Source of the DNA: Callorhinchus milii
Taxonomy: Eukaryota
DNA length: 64,000 nt
Reading direction: 5' to 3'
NCBI RefSeq assembly: GCF_018977255.1
Contig: NW_024704755.1
Location: 15,376,001 to 15,440,000 of the forward strand
A program made the translations under genes and the position numbers. Under the pieces are notes generated by a model. It worked only from the letters and a program-made list of their open reading frames with translations. It was not told the DNA's origin and did no database searches. How positions within the stretch are numbered: position 1 is the first letter of the stretch; each line of letters begins with the position of its first letter. Of the stretch, positions 25,572-39,300 are shown one piece after another.

Positions 25572-27109
25572 TCAGTCTGGACGTTGGTTCAACGGTTCAT
25601 CTGAAGGATAAGAAGAACACTCTGCAAACATATTGCGCCTTTCACGCGGAACAGCTTCTCCGGATATCTGGAACTACAGCGACGACAATGCAGAACACAG
25701 CATTACAGCATTGAAGCATCAGCTTAGAATATGGACTCAAAGTCTCAACCTTGGGCTTAAACCCAAAGTGCACATGTTACCAGGCATCACCTCGTTTAAT
25801 TGCACAGCTTCCTCAGTCTCAGCTGTGGATAATGCTCGTGGATGGTGTTCAGTGGCGGTCAGCAGACGTGAAACATATGCATATTTTGGAGGGTTGGACT
25901 TTAAGACAAAGAGGTTCCGCACAAACTCTCATCAGGTTATGTTTCACGAATTGTGCACAAACTTGATGTTAGGAGTGGGAATGGACATCGTAATGGATCC
26001 CTGGGTTGAACGCGAGGCCACTCACTTGGCATTTACGGCTGATCAATGATGAGCTCATGAGAAACCGAGATCGTTCAATTGGAGAGAAGAATGTTTTTTT
26101 TTGGTGTTTTCTGAAACTCAAGGACGCAGTTCGGTCCTCACCAAATACCAAAAATGTTTGTAGCAGAATCCATAACAGCTTTTAAAAGGATTTTAGAACT
26201 CATTGCTCCTTTGCCTTTTGTATGGATTTTAAATTACTGTTATGAAGACTATGGATAAACCATGTGACAGTTGTAGTTTAAGAATTGACAAAATGTATTA
26301 TTCGTTAAGATGTGCTGAGTTGTAGTATTTTGGGTTGAAGTTATGCAGTGATCGAAATTAAAATTGTATTTCCATTTAATATGCTTTTAATAATATTCTT
26401 GCGTTTGGTATAGCGCCTTATCATGTCTTCGAGAAGTCTGAAGCGCTTTTAAAATGAATAAAACGCGAAAGTTATTAATGGACAAACAATATAAATAACC
26501 ATATAACGTTCACCGCATTTATTACTTTTTGTGTGATTTCTTAATGCCAATTTCGCTCTTTATTCACACTCACCGCACACAGTTAATCGCGATCCAGATC
26601 CTCTTCCAATTATTGATCCCTGACGGACCACTACACAGCGACAGACTCCAGAGTCCTGTAAACTCACATTCAAGAACTGGAAGAAGCCGTTTCCTTTAGT
26701 TTTTACACCAAATAGTTTCCTGCGATCCTCCTTTGTATCCAAATAGCCGCTCTCACCCTCCTTATCCCACTGCACCTTCACTCCTGAACTGCCTTGAGGG
26801 AAGGGAAAGTTACAGTGGAAGGTAACGTGTGTCCCTCTGATGGCAGCCACAGGGTCGGAGATTTGAATCACTTTCACCGAAGGATCGCCATCAACAGTCA
26901 GAAAATAAAGTCAAACACTGACTTCTTAGATGATAAGCAATGGAGAAAACAAATGAGTAAAAGAGGAGAAAACGTAGGTGTATAAGATAAATGTCACATG
27001 AAAACAAGTTTGCACATATTTCATAGAAGAACTGAACTATAGAATGAACATATATACCTGTTGAAATAATATGTAAGGCCGACAGGTACAGGAAGACAAC
27101 ACTCCCCAT
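25572..27109 (-). pseudogene. X3: C1-less leader-V(J) unit, damaged copy
   Basis: Leader 27058-27109 (MGSVVFLYLSALHIIST). V 26574-26894 has lost its acceptor AG (ttctgactg versus ttctgacag in X5), and DSGVYxC is changed to DSGVCRC. Candidate 42-nt stalk exon 25781-25822 and candidate terminal exon 25572-25600. Confidence 0.7.
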
Positions 27110-27459
27110 GTCTGTCTCTGGCGGACATTTATACGAGTGACAGAGAACTCTACTTTTCAACGTCTACTATTGATTTCCAGATCTTCTGTCACAAGTGACC
27201 GTGGATTATTTGGTACAGAGTAGGTCGCTGTGACACTGACTTTGTTTCTTTGGGTTCGTGAAATGTTGCAGGTGTGCAGAATGCAATTCGAAATCACACT
27301 TTTACATCAAAATTGTAAAAATAGTAACCCATCCTGTGAAGATCAGAAAACAAGCTGAGCGTATCTAAACTTAAAACACACACCGTTCAGCGTCATTAAT
27401 AGTTTATGGTGCTTTCTACAACTGGAAATGTTGATTTGAGCACTAACTCGTGGAATAAG

Positions 27460-28700
27460 TGGTGTCAGAAACATTCCAATCTGATGGGCCATCTCTTCTC
27501 ATGCTTTTATCCAGCTGTCCCCTGTTTATAGAAATTAACCTTTCCCTCTCTTCTGGCATAGTGCGTCCCTGTTATCACTCCATGAAAATGTTCACCCCCA
27601 TCCCTCTAAATTGTCGGTCCATCTCCAACTTACCCTTTGTATCCAAAATCCTGGCCACTCAACACATTTATACGAGTGACAGAGAACTCTACTTTTCAAC
27701 TTCTACTATTGATTTCCAGATCTTCTGATGCTCTCACCGTTTGCGTGTCAAGACATGGATGAGCCCAGACTTCTTCGAACTTCTAATGCATGATGGAAGC
27801 CATCCTTCTTGTCTACTGTTAACAACTCCTTTCTCCCAGGGATTGCTGCACCCTCTCCGCACCACCATGAGTGGCCGAACCTTCAATTTTATGCCCACAA
27901 AATATACACAGTTGCATCATTTCACAATGTATCCCGTGAAGCTCTTTTGAATTGTCTCAACAACATGAAAACGTGCTATATCAATCAAGGTTAAGACTGT
28001 AATTATTACTAGATTCATATGCCCTAACCTCTGCCAATCCCTCCACACCCACTTTGTCTCATTCTTTCTCAATCTCTCTTTGGTTCTGACTCAATCCTAC
28101 CACTTGAAACATGTCTTATCAGCCCCCTTTCTCTCCCTCACCTGTCCTTGCTCTGTATCTAACCTAAACCCTTTGAAGCCCTCCAAAACAATATCCGATG
28201 TGAAGGATGCTATAAAGGGATGATGTTTAATCAACTGATAGCAAATGTGTTTCTTGGATCTTTTGTAATTGCTCAGATGATTGTGAAGGAGTTTGAAGAA
28301 ACATTAATCTGTAGCTCCATCTGACATACTACAATTGCTCATAAATTATGGCATCGGATGGCGCTGCAGACTACACCATATTTATACAATGAAAAGCTGT
28401 AACCTGCACATTTGTTTCCCTTTTTCACCAGTTGCACCTTTGTCTGACTGGCTCAGGATTTCTGTGTGTACCCTGACCCCTGTGCTGCACCATGGGAAGC
28501 TTCCAGCCACTATTTCCTGAATCTCTGGAACTCCCTGCCTCTATCCCTGTACCACACAGTATGTTTAAGTGTCTTCAAATCTCACTTGAAGATTTTGCGC
28601 TTCGATTGTGTCTATGGTCAATTTACCTTTCTCCCTGGCTCAGCGTCAAGTTCTGCTACTGTTCAGTCCTGGGTATGCTATATAAATTCAAGTTGTTGTT
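27460..28700 (+). mobile_element. Degenerate L2-type LINE fragments (paralog ~52160-53730)
   Basis: RSISNLPFVSKI and LWNSLP motifs; heavily mutated. Confidence 0.6.
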
Positions 28701-30444
28701 GTTGCTTCGATGGTTCCAAAAGAGCAGATGTATTGAATGCCCGATAACTCTTTTTGCTCTGCTGCTCTTCTGACACATGCAGAAATCTTTTACCGCGCTT
28801 ATGAGTATCCAAACAAACTGACATTTTTATGCCACCGACACAAGGAAAGTTTCCTTTGGCTGGAATGGAATGCACACTTTCCAGAGGCATAGACTGGGAG
28901 GAATTACTCAAGGACAAACCAGTTATAGAAGATTATGCTGCACTAGCAGGACAAATATAGAAAGTAAAGCAGTGGCAAAATAAACAAAAACACCAAAATG
29001 AATCAAGAGGAAATAGCAAGTGAGATAAGGGAGAAGCAGAAGATTTATAAAGCTTGTAAATAGAAGGAGATGGTGACCATTGGGCTGAATACAAGACTGT
29101 ACAGAAAGAGGTTAAAAGACGTATAGGATCCAAGAGACAACTGGAAAAGAAAATCTAAACTCAAAAACATAAACCCTCATATCCTTTCAATATTGCAACA
29201 GGGAAGATGTCAAAATTTTAAGGGAATCAGATAGGGTTATATAAAAAAAGAATGGACTCCCGGTAGCAAAAATGAAATGAATAATTACTGCAGCTTTTTT
29301 TTTATCAATAAAGACATTAAAATCATGACCACGAACATACTACATTTTCAGCTTGACTAAGTTGGCAACACTCTCACTGCTGAGTCAGAATTTATGCGTT
29401 CAAGCCCCAAGTCTGGACATGGAAATCATATAAACAAAATGACACTCCAATGTCATACTGGGGTGGTGGGGAGAGGGGCGGGAATGCAGCATTTTTGGAG
29501 ATGCTGTCCTTCGTATGAGAAATTAAACCAAGGGCCCAACTGCCTGTTCATCAAAGATCCCATGTCATTATACAAAGCAGAAGGGAGTTTCTCCAGATTT
29601 CCTGGGCAACAGTCCCCCAAATTGGTCACATACTTTATGGCTGTTTGTGGCATATTGCCGTGCACTGAAAAACACAGTCACTGAACTTTAGAGGATATTC
29701 TATGAAGTGCTTTGAGACATCCTCCAAAATTTATAATGAGTGTGGATCCACATAGATTATGCTGTCAGCACCTGAGGCCAGAAGGCACTGAATGAAAAGG
29801 AGAGCCTCTGTCTTGTCAACGTTCAACTGGAGGAACGACATCCAGCACTCATCAGGACTTGATGTCCAAATAGGCAATCAATCAGAACAGCAGTAGTCCT
29901 GGAAACAAGTTCAGAAGCTGACATAAATTGGGATGCTATTCAGCTACATGTGGAAGTTAACTTCATGTCTGCAATAACATCACTGAGCAGGAGCATGTTA
30001 TTATTAAAAAGGAAAAGGATAGATCTCTAAATGACTTGGATTTATAGATCCAAATAAAATTCACACGTGATATCAATTTCGGACAACTGGGGAATCAGAG
30101 GAGGCAGGAAATGTCGGCCAAAATAACTTGACAGTGTATTTACATGTGCTGCTAAATTAAGTATAAATAAATGAATGGTAAATTCAATATAGATAAATTA
30201 ATGGTAAACTAAGTGTAGATAAACTTATGCGATAGACCAATAGGAAACACGAGCATTTCATGGACTGGATAGAAATTGCCAAGGAGAAAGCTGAAATAAA
30301 TCCCGGTGTGTTAGCTGACTCTTCACTCATATGTCAAAACAGTGTGAGGCAGCAATAAACAAGACAAACAGGATGCTGTGCTCTTTGCTGCACTAAATCA
30401 GTTGAGTTCAAACCCTAAATATCACACTTATCTTTGGCGAGACC

Positions 30445-31570
30445 ACACCTTCATTATTGCAGAGCGATGTGCCTTCCCTTGACCCAACACAGCTATCCAG
30501 CTATCGACCCATCTGCAACCTTCCTTTTCTGTCCAAGGTCTTTGAGAAAGCCGTTGCCTCCCAATTTTGCACTTTCGTCTCCTCCATGAGCTCCTCCAAT
30601 TGGGTTTCTATGCTGCGCACAGCACGGAGACTGCTATGCTCAAGGTCACAAACGACATCCTGACCATGTGTTCAAGGCTCCCTATGCCTCCTCGTCCTCC
30701 TTGACCTCTCCGCCACTTTTGACACTGTGGATCACTCAATACTCCTCCACTGCCTCTCCTCCCATGTCAACCTTCAAGTTCTGTCCTTGACTTGTTCAGG
30801 TCCTACCTTTCACAACGACTCCACTTCGTCTCACCGAACAGCTTCTCCTCCAGCCCCGAACCATCTCGTATGGCATTTCTCAGTGCTCTGTCCTCCATCC
30901 CCTCCTCTTCACCCTCTACATGCTCCCACTTGATGGCATCATCCACAGACATGGGGTAAATTTCCCCAAATATGCGGAACGCACTGCATGCATTGCCAGA
31001 ATCTGCCACTGCCTTACCCTCATCGGCTGCTGAAATCCTTACCCATGCATTCGTTACCTCAAGGCTCGGTTATGGAAATTCCCTCCTCATCGGCCTTCCC
31101 AACTCTTCCCTTCACAAAATACAGATCATCAAAAACTCTGCAGCTCGTATACTGTCACGCCCCAGGCTCCGTGACCCCATCACACCCACCCTGGCCCGAC
31201 TCCACTGGTTCCCCATCTATCAGAGGATTGAATTCAGGATCTTCATCCTCACTTCCAAGGCCATCCATGACCTTACCCCCTCCTGCATATCTGACCTGCT
31301 GACTCCCTACCAAACCGCCCATTCGTTCCATTCAGCAGGCTCCGGCCTGCTCCATGTCTTCCGCCTGACCCGCCCTACCATCGGTGGCCGGGATTTCAGC
31401 CTCTCTGCACCTACACTCTGGAACTTCTTCCCACAGTCTCTTTGCCTCGCTTCCTCCCTTGCCTCCATGAAGGCTGGTCTCCAGATCCTCCTCTTCAATC
31501 ATGCCTTCGGTCGCCCTCCCACCTCTCTGACTTTCCCCACCGCTTCCCTCCCCCTCCCCCTCTATTAATG
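30445..31570 (+). mobile_element. L2-type LINE RT fragment (paralog ~55465-56600)
   Basis: YRPICNLPFLSKVFEK, HSTETA, LTHAFVTSRL and LHWFPI..IGGRDFS..LWN motifs. Confidence 0.85.
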
Positions 31571-33171
31571 TAATTTTGTTGTTGTCACTGTGACATAATG
31601 GGGCTGTTGAGTTCCAACAGGCAGCGTGGAAGATAGCAACGAGGATGGCCCCCAGGATTAGAGGAATGAACTTTGAGAGGTATTTAAAATTTTAAATGGG
31701 ATTGAAAAAGTATACGCAGATCTATAAGTTTAGAGTTACAAAGGCAATATCACAATAGATCCCAGGTTTTACCATGGTGGTGGGGGGAACTTGTAGTGCG
31801 TTCTGAAAGGATGTGATCAGACAGGCCAAAGGGTCTTCTTCAATGAAACCAATTGTGAGTGAAGAGGTAGGGAAGCCCAAGGGTGCACTGGTTGTACTAT
31901 TGGAGTTTAACAAGCTAAAGTCTCAAAGCTTGCTATTGAAAGCACCATCTAACCAGCTTTACTGCTTGTCCAGCGAGGACTACTCTTTTCATTAGGTTTT
32001 TGGCCTACAGAGTTAACAGTATCTGAGTGGGAAGATACCCCACTCCCAGTGACAGGTCTACTCCTTGAAGTACCTTTCTTTTCGACCGTGCCTTTGGTGA
32101 GCTTCCTCCCCCTTCCCCGGCTCAGTCCTGGGATCCGTTACTCTGAAGCGCTCTGTGATGCCGTCCGGCGTGGAGGGCGCTGTATAAATCCATGTGAATC
32201 CAAGTTGTTGAAAGTGATTCCAAAGTTCTTTTGCTAAGCAAGTCACACTGGACGTTGCTCAGCTACAAGGCCACGCTGTTTGCTTACTCGCTCCAAGGGC
32301 TGTGGCTGGTTGAAATTAGACATCCAAAAAGCACCGGGTTTAGTCTACACTAAATAGATAGCAAATATCAGGAATTCCTTGGAAACCCATAATGAGCAGC
32401 ACAAATAAGCATGAAATGTGTGAGAGGATAGAGCCCCCATCCCCCTGACCCTATTGGCACACATCCATGTAGATTGAGCGGAGGCTGTACGAGTCGGTGC
32501 GTTGCCATTTTACTGGAGCAACACTTTAAACATGTATTTTAAAAAAAGGTTTGTGTTAAATTAGGAAAAAACACACAGTATCTCCCCAAAACATACAAAG
32601 CCACATCACGTTACACTATATCCTGTAAAGCGCTTAGAGACATTGTGGCGACGGAATAAGTCACTACATTAAATTCATGGATAATTAATAAAAACAAATT
32701 TGAATTAAACCCACTCTACAGTTCAGGCTTCACTTGTAGTGAGCCAGGACATGATGCCCACAACGATATACATCATGTTGTAAGAATGCATATCTGTTGT
32801 TACACAAACAAAGAAATATTGTGCACAGTTGTTACAGCCACTTTACTACAATAGCCACAGCCTAATGGATGGAAACAGTTTGTAACCCGTTGCTCTATAT
32901 ATAATCTGAGAGAGCGAGACTTTTGTAATGGAATTATTCTGTGACATTTAGAAATACAGCAGAACGATTGGGGTTTTAATACTTATTTGTTTCATGTGAG
33001 GTATATTTTTAGCATTTAGGTGAACAGCTCAACCGTTCAACGCCCACGCCTCAACTTTTTCACTGGGTTGGACGAATTGCGTCAATTTTGTTGACAGCTT
33101 TTACCAAGTGTTGTTTCATTAATACTGAAGAGACAGAGTGACCAGAAAGGATTGATTGATGCAACTTGTTT

Positions 33172-33177
33172 TTTATT
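33172..33177 (-). terminator. Candidate polyadenylation signal AATAAA of I4 (paralogous site 58199-58204 for I6)
   Basis: About 175 nt after the I4 stop codon; conserved in both inhibitory copies. Confidence 0.4.
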
Positions 33178-33349
33178 GAGAGGTTGATTGAACATGTTAC
33201 ACAACAGTTCCATTCGTTTGAACTCTGGTTTTAGTTTTGCAGCAGTTAAAGAGCTATTTTCTGGCAACACAGGAATAATATGCACAATGTTCACTTTGGT
33301 GGAAAACAACACCTAATATACACCAATATCAGTTTCTGAGCCTGTTTCA

Positions 33350-36300
33350 TTACTTGGATCTTGGTTCCCTGCAGATAGCTGCTGCTGCTCCTCCGTGGTT
33401 TCTCACATGGAGCTCTGCATACTCTGTATTCTTAACTCTACTTTTAAGATTCCCTGTTTTATTGGAAGGATGTAAATCCAGAGCGGCATATGTCAGTTTG
33501 TGCTCCGCTGCCCCTTGCTTGGTCTGTAAAGGCAATTTTTGAGAATTTGATTATATTAATTCATTTTATTCTTCAGAAATCTCCTCGAATACGCAGCACC
33601 ACTTGCCCCATAGCTCATTTGGTTAAGTCACTTCTCCTTTAAAGAACTGAGTCAAACAGAATCCAGCAGTTACAACTTCTACCACGAAAAGGTTAGTAAA
33701 GAAAAGTGAAAATCAATCAGTTTATGAGTTGTTCATTGACCTACAGAAATGTGGGTATATATTTCTGTATATAATTGATGACCCAGTGCCTTATAGATTG
33801 ATGCACAATAGCTGGTCTTTTTCACAAGAAAAATAAATGTCTATACAGTGACAAATTGTCGTGAGCATATCACAGCCCAGGACAGTGTCAGAGAGTGAAC
33901 ATTAGAGGAGAAAGAAAGATTAACCACAGAAATGTTACAAACAGTCTCATAGTGAACACTGAAGTGAGTTCCACTCTATTTACCAAAGCAAGGAAATCCA
34001 GTTGAATACAAAAGGTTTATGTTTCGATTTTGTGTTTGAAAGATATACCTGGGCGTACACAGTGCTCTCCTGTTGTTTAGGTCTTGGAGTTTTCTTGGAA
34101 CTGGTCAAATTCAAGGTGACATAAGCCACCGGCTCATTCTCTCCTCTGTGCATCGTCTATAAAACAGAGTGTGATCACAACAACAGCAACACATTGCATT
34201 TGTAGAGCACCTTTCACTTCGGAAGGACATTCCAGGGCGCTGCTGGAATGTTGTCCTCACTGTTCTGAAGATTGCTGTGTAAGTACTTATCTGAATGTCC
34301 ATAAGTTTAAAATATTTAAGACATAGCTTTCATATATTTTAAAAGCAGACAATTTTATTGAATAGTCTGTCACCAAATGTATGTCACCGGGCACCTCATA
34401 TTTGAATGATACATTGAGGCTGCAGAGATGCTCTGAGGGAATACATTTAAAATGTTCTAATTTATTTCTGAAGAACGGTATCTTTCCATCACAACAACCC
34501 TGTTTTCAGATGAAACATCTGCTGAGTTGAATTTAATAAATGTACCTGCTCTTCGCAATGACTCGATCCCTTCTGGTTTCTGCGTGGACCTTAGAAGGAA
34601 ATTAACAGAAGAAGAATTCACTCAATTTCCACAACAGTAATTTTGAATATATTTTGGTTAGACTGAATGAAAAACGACAAAACCCAAAAGCTGCCAGAAT
34701 CGTTTTTTTTTAAAAAGTATAAAGTTGTCTTGCATCTAACTCTAATTTAAGCCCAGGAGTAGAATCAAATAAATCACACAACCATTAATTGACAAACTAT
34801 TTTGCCCTCTCACTCTTATTGCTGTAAACATAGTTCCATTCTCTGAACTTGTTCTCTGTAACTCCATCATAGAGTCCCTCCAAATCCCTCTTTCCCAAGC
34901 CACCTTCAAAATCTTCATCAAATTAACCAAGAGAATAGATAGTTTCGGGTATGAGATATAAAACCAAAGAGGTAATATTAAACTTATATAAATTGTCAGT
35001 GTCAGAACTAGAATACTGTATCCAGGATTGTTTACCTCACTTAGGAAATTTACCAGACTGATCCCGGGGAAGATTGGTGCTGCGAGTTCAGTGGCCCAGG
35101 CAGAATGTGCATTTTATATAATAAAACATTTTCTCGCTGTATTTTATAAAATTAATCAATTGTAGCACAATGTGGAAAAGATGGGTTAATGGGATGTGGT
35201 CTCTTTAAAGAGGGAATACAGACACCATAGGCTGAATGACCTTCTGCACTGTACATTTCTGTAATTGTATCACAACAGATTTCAGACATTCGTTGCATGG
35301 AGATTTCTGATTAAATATGCAGCTAAATGTAAGCAGGGAGAGATTCTGTTAGGGCATTTGTCAATCAATCGCAATATATTAATGATTGGCGTCACTTTAC
35401 AGGATGTCTTTCGTCTTTCTCTCCTTGTTATCTAGGGGACCGAGGACAGCCTTGAGGACAGCCTTGAGGACAGCCTTGACCGTGCCTTCAGCTCCCCTCT
35501 CGACTCTCTAACCCCTCCTCGCTCCCTCCCTTCCCTCCCCTCACGCTGACCATTTCCCCCTTGCTCGGGTCCTGACCCAACTGTACAGCGCCTTGGTACA
35601 TCCTCCCGATGTGAAAGGCGCTCTATAAATGGAATCTTGTTCTTGTTGTTATCTGGAATTCTCTAAGGTATAAATTGAATATTATTTTTTCAATTAGGTG
35701 CCGCTTAAAAGGTTAGTCCAAAAGATAAGCGCCCATAGATTTGGGGAGAGCATATTAACGTGGATTGGGGAATGGTTAACGGGTAGGAAACAAAGAGTTG
35801 GGATAAAGTGGTCCTTTTTCAGATTGGCGGGATGTGACTAGTGGAGTGTCACAAGGTTCAGTCCTTGGGCCTCAGTTATTTATGATCTACATCAACGATC
35901 TAGATGAGGACATCGAAGTTAATATATCTAAATTCGCAGAAGACACAAAAGTAGGAGGATGTGTTAACACGGAGGACGACATTAAAAAAATGCAGCGTGA
36001 CATAGATAGCTTAGCTGATTGGGCAGGTAGGTGGCAAATGAAGTATATTGAAGGGAAGTGCGAAGTCATCCACGTAGGTAGCAAAACCGGTAGAGCAGGT
36101 TATTTTTTAGAAGGGGAGAGATTGGAATGTGTTAGCCTCCAGAGGGACTTGGGTGTCCTTGTACACCAATAACAGAAAGTTAGTCTGCAGGTGCAGCAAG
36201 CAATTAGGAAGGTGAACGGTATGTTAGCATTCATTATGAAAGGATTAGAATATAAGAGTAGGGAAGTCTTGCTTCAACTGTATAGGGCCCTGGTGAGACG

Positions 36301-39300
36301 ACACTTGGAATACTATGTGCAGTTTTGGTCTCCTTATTTAAGGAAGTAGTACTTGCCTTGGAGGGGGTGCAGTGTAGATTTACTAGGTTAGTACCAGAGA
36401 TGAAGGGGATGAGTTACGAGGATAGGCTGACCAATTTGGGCCTATATTCTCTTGAATATAGAAGAATTAGAGGGGATCTTATACAAACCTATAAGATCAT
36501 CAAAGGGCATGATAGAGTAGATAGTGGGAGACTGTTTCCACTGGTTGGAGAAACTAAAACCAGGGATCACATCCTTAAAATCAGAGGCAGCCGTTTCGCA
36601 CTGAGTTGAGGAAGAACTTCTTCACTCAAAGGGCGGTGAATGTATGGAATGCACGACCCCAAAGGGCTGTTGATGCTCAGTCCTTGAACATATGCAAGAC
36701 TGAGATAGATAGATTTCTTATTGCAAAAGGGCTTAAGGAATATAGGGATCAGGCAGTGTCAGGTTATTAGCTGGAGTTAGATTAGAAAATCAGACATGAT
36801 TGAATGGCGGGACAGGCTCGAAGGGTCGAATGGCCTACTCCTGCTCCAACATGTTATGTTATGTTAAATTTTGTGTTAAATTAAACATTTACATTTAACC
36901 TGAATTAAACAGGAATATATCTTACCTTTCTTTTTGCTTAATTGCCATTGCTTTCCAATGATGATCAAAAGCAGCAGAAATGCCAGGCCTCCCCCTGCAC
37001 ATCCAGCGATCAGCGCATAAGGAAGCTGAGCGTCACTCTCTACAAGGACAGCATAAACTGAATGTGTTATTGAACACAGCAATGAATTACAGTTTCAGTA
37101 AATGCGCGGTGCATCCGAATAGAGATATGTTAGCAGGTTTTATTATTTGATATTTTATTTTTAAACAGGGTCTTAGTAGATCCGTAGGAATCCAAGGCAC
37201 TTTTAATGAGAAACTAGATAGCCGAGCTCGTCAACAAGACTTAAAATTGCAGGATCCCTCACTGGGGTGAGGGGTCTCGCCAAATCTTTGACAAATACTA
37301 TTCCGATTAAGCTAGAAAGGTGAACCTCTCCATGGACATGAAGCACATTCCATTCCAGACACCAAAACAATTAGAGGTGAACGACATTATTGAGCAGAGA
37401 CCAGGAGTTTGAAATGTGATGAGTTTTTAAATCCTTCTTCTCAGGCAGATGGTATGAATCTTTTCAATTCAAAGACGATACACATTAAGCTGATTGTTAT
37501 TTTGTATATATTTATATGGAGTATTCGGCTACAAAACTATATGATCATAATCTTCAGTGCAAACCAAATTAAATATTTTCCAAAAACAATTCAGTTAATA
37601 ACAATTAACAGTAGGATATTGGCCAATTAGTGGAGTCCTGTGGCTTAGTGGTTAGAGCAATCACCGCACAAGCTAGAGACCCTGGCTTCGATTACCGGGT
37701 CGGGCAAAACATTGGGCAAGTTTCTCTACACCACACGTCTGTATTCATCTAGCAGTAAGTAGGAATCCAGTTGTTAGTCAATTGGCAGATCGCTTTCCTG
37801 GGGATAATAATAATACCTTAAAATACAATAATTTAAAAAAAATACTTAGGTCACTCAATCAACGACTGTTTGTGGAACACTGCTGTGCAACAATTGCTCC
37901 CGAGAGTCATCCACAAAACATACATTCAATTCACTTTCCAGTTTATTTGTGAAGCACTTCAGACTTCTCAAAGACGTGATACAGCGCTATATCAAATGCA
38001 AGGATTATTTTTATTGTGAAATTACCTGTGTTGGATTTAGAAACTGAATATCTGGCAACTGCTGGAATCCGGAGGCTGATGTGAGATACCAGACAGGTAT
38101 AAACAACCCCACTCTGTACAGGCTGTGTCTCTTCCAAATAGCTCGAAAATTCATAAAGTCCCTTTGAATTCCTTTCTTTAGTAGAATTTATCCCAGTTTT
38201 AACTTCATTGTCATCTTTACTCCAGGTCAGCGTTATATCTTCCGGGTAAAATGCAGCCGTTTTACACACAAAGGTCCTAAATGTTTTTGAATCTATTTTA
38301 GAATCTCTGGGGAATATCTTCAGTGGAGTAGGGGGAACTGTAGGAGAGACAATGGAGCAGAATCATATTACTGGTGATCAGTTGGAATATAAAATGTTAT
38401 TCCCAGTTGAAATGTACATGAATTGATTCCTAGCAACATTTTAACAAGGAAGGTTTTCCGAGACGTTAACCAATGTGACGGGCGCTGTATAGATGTACGT
38501 TGTTGTTGGCATAACAAGGAATCTGGATTGAAACGGCAAGAAACTGATCCTGTTCAGATCTTTTATTTTGAAAAATGTTTCTGGTAGCAAACATTAAAAG
38601 ATGGCCTGCAGGAGGTCCAGCCTCTATTCACGAATTAACAGCTGGACGAAAGGATTTAACTATGACGATAAGATGGATAAACGTGATTTATGTTTGATAG
38701 ATCTGAGAATAATTTGATTGAGCTGTCAACGAATGCTAAAATAGTTTTATTTTAAAATAGTTTTAAAAAAGAAAATGTTACTTAAAACAATTATTAAGCA
38801 ATTTAAATTCCCACTTTGCTGTGTTCAAGAATTCAAGATCCTCATCCTCACCTACAAGGCCATTCACGGCCTTGCTCCCTCCTACCTCTCTGACCTACTA
38901 TCCCCCTACCTACCTGCCCGTACCCTCCGTTCCTCGGGCTCCGGTCTGTTCCACATCCCCCGCCCTAACCGCCCTACCATCGGTGGCCGGGCCTTCAGCC
39001 TCTCAGCCCCGAGGCTCTGGAACTCCATCCCCCAGTGCCTTCGCCGCTTCCTCCCTTTCCTCCTTCAAGGCCGGTCTCAAAACCTTTCTCTTTGACCGTG
39101 CGTTCAGCTCCCTTCTCGACTCTCTACCCCCTCCTCGCTCCCTCCTCCCTGCCCTCACCCTGACCATTTCCCCCTCCTCGCTCCCTCCCTTCCCTCCCCT
39201 CACCCTGACCATTTCCCCCCTGCTCGGGTCCTGACCCAACTGTCCAGCGCCTTGGGATATCCTCCCGACGTGAAAGGCGCTCTATAAATTGAATCTTGTT

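Larger units (their letters stand above)
21000..38400. repeat. Segmental/tandem duplication unit (A-X-I block), paralogous to ~45000-62200
   Basis: Near-identical exons and introns at offsets of 23.8-25.2 kb, e.g. 21962/45888, 24131/48951, 33350/58550 and 38026/61793. Offset differences are accounted for largely by copy-specific insertions and deletions. Boundaries approximate. Confidence 0.85.

Noticed and set aside
25633-26049. 138-aa plus-strand ORF with FN3-like fragments (also 50457-50774 and 7334-7525)
   Set aside because: Better explained as the antisense reading of decayed X-type exons. It has no ATG start and its frame is not conserved among paralogs.
33082-33312. Additional coding exon downstream of the I4 ITIM exon
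   Set aside because: It lies after the stop codon, overlaps the candidate polyA signal, and is interrupted in the I6 paralog, so it is 3' UTR.
35442-35477. 3x 12-bp direct repeat as a CRISPR-like or regulatory array
   Set aside because: No spacers, eukaryotic context, and it lies at the 5' junction of a truncated L2 insertion.
35834-36609. RT-like ORFs as an active retroelement or domesticated gene
   Set aside because: 5'-truncated and frameshifted CR1 copy, with the catalytic motif reading FAED.
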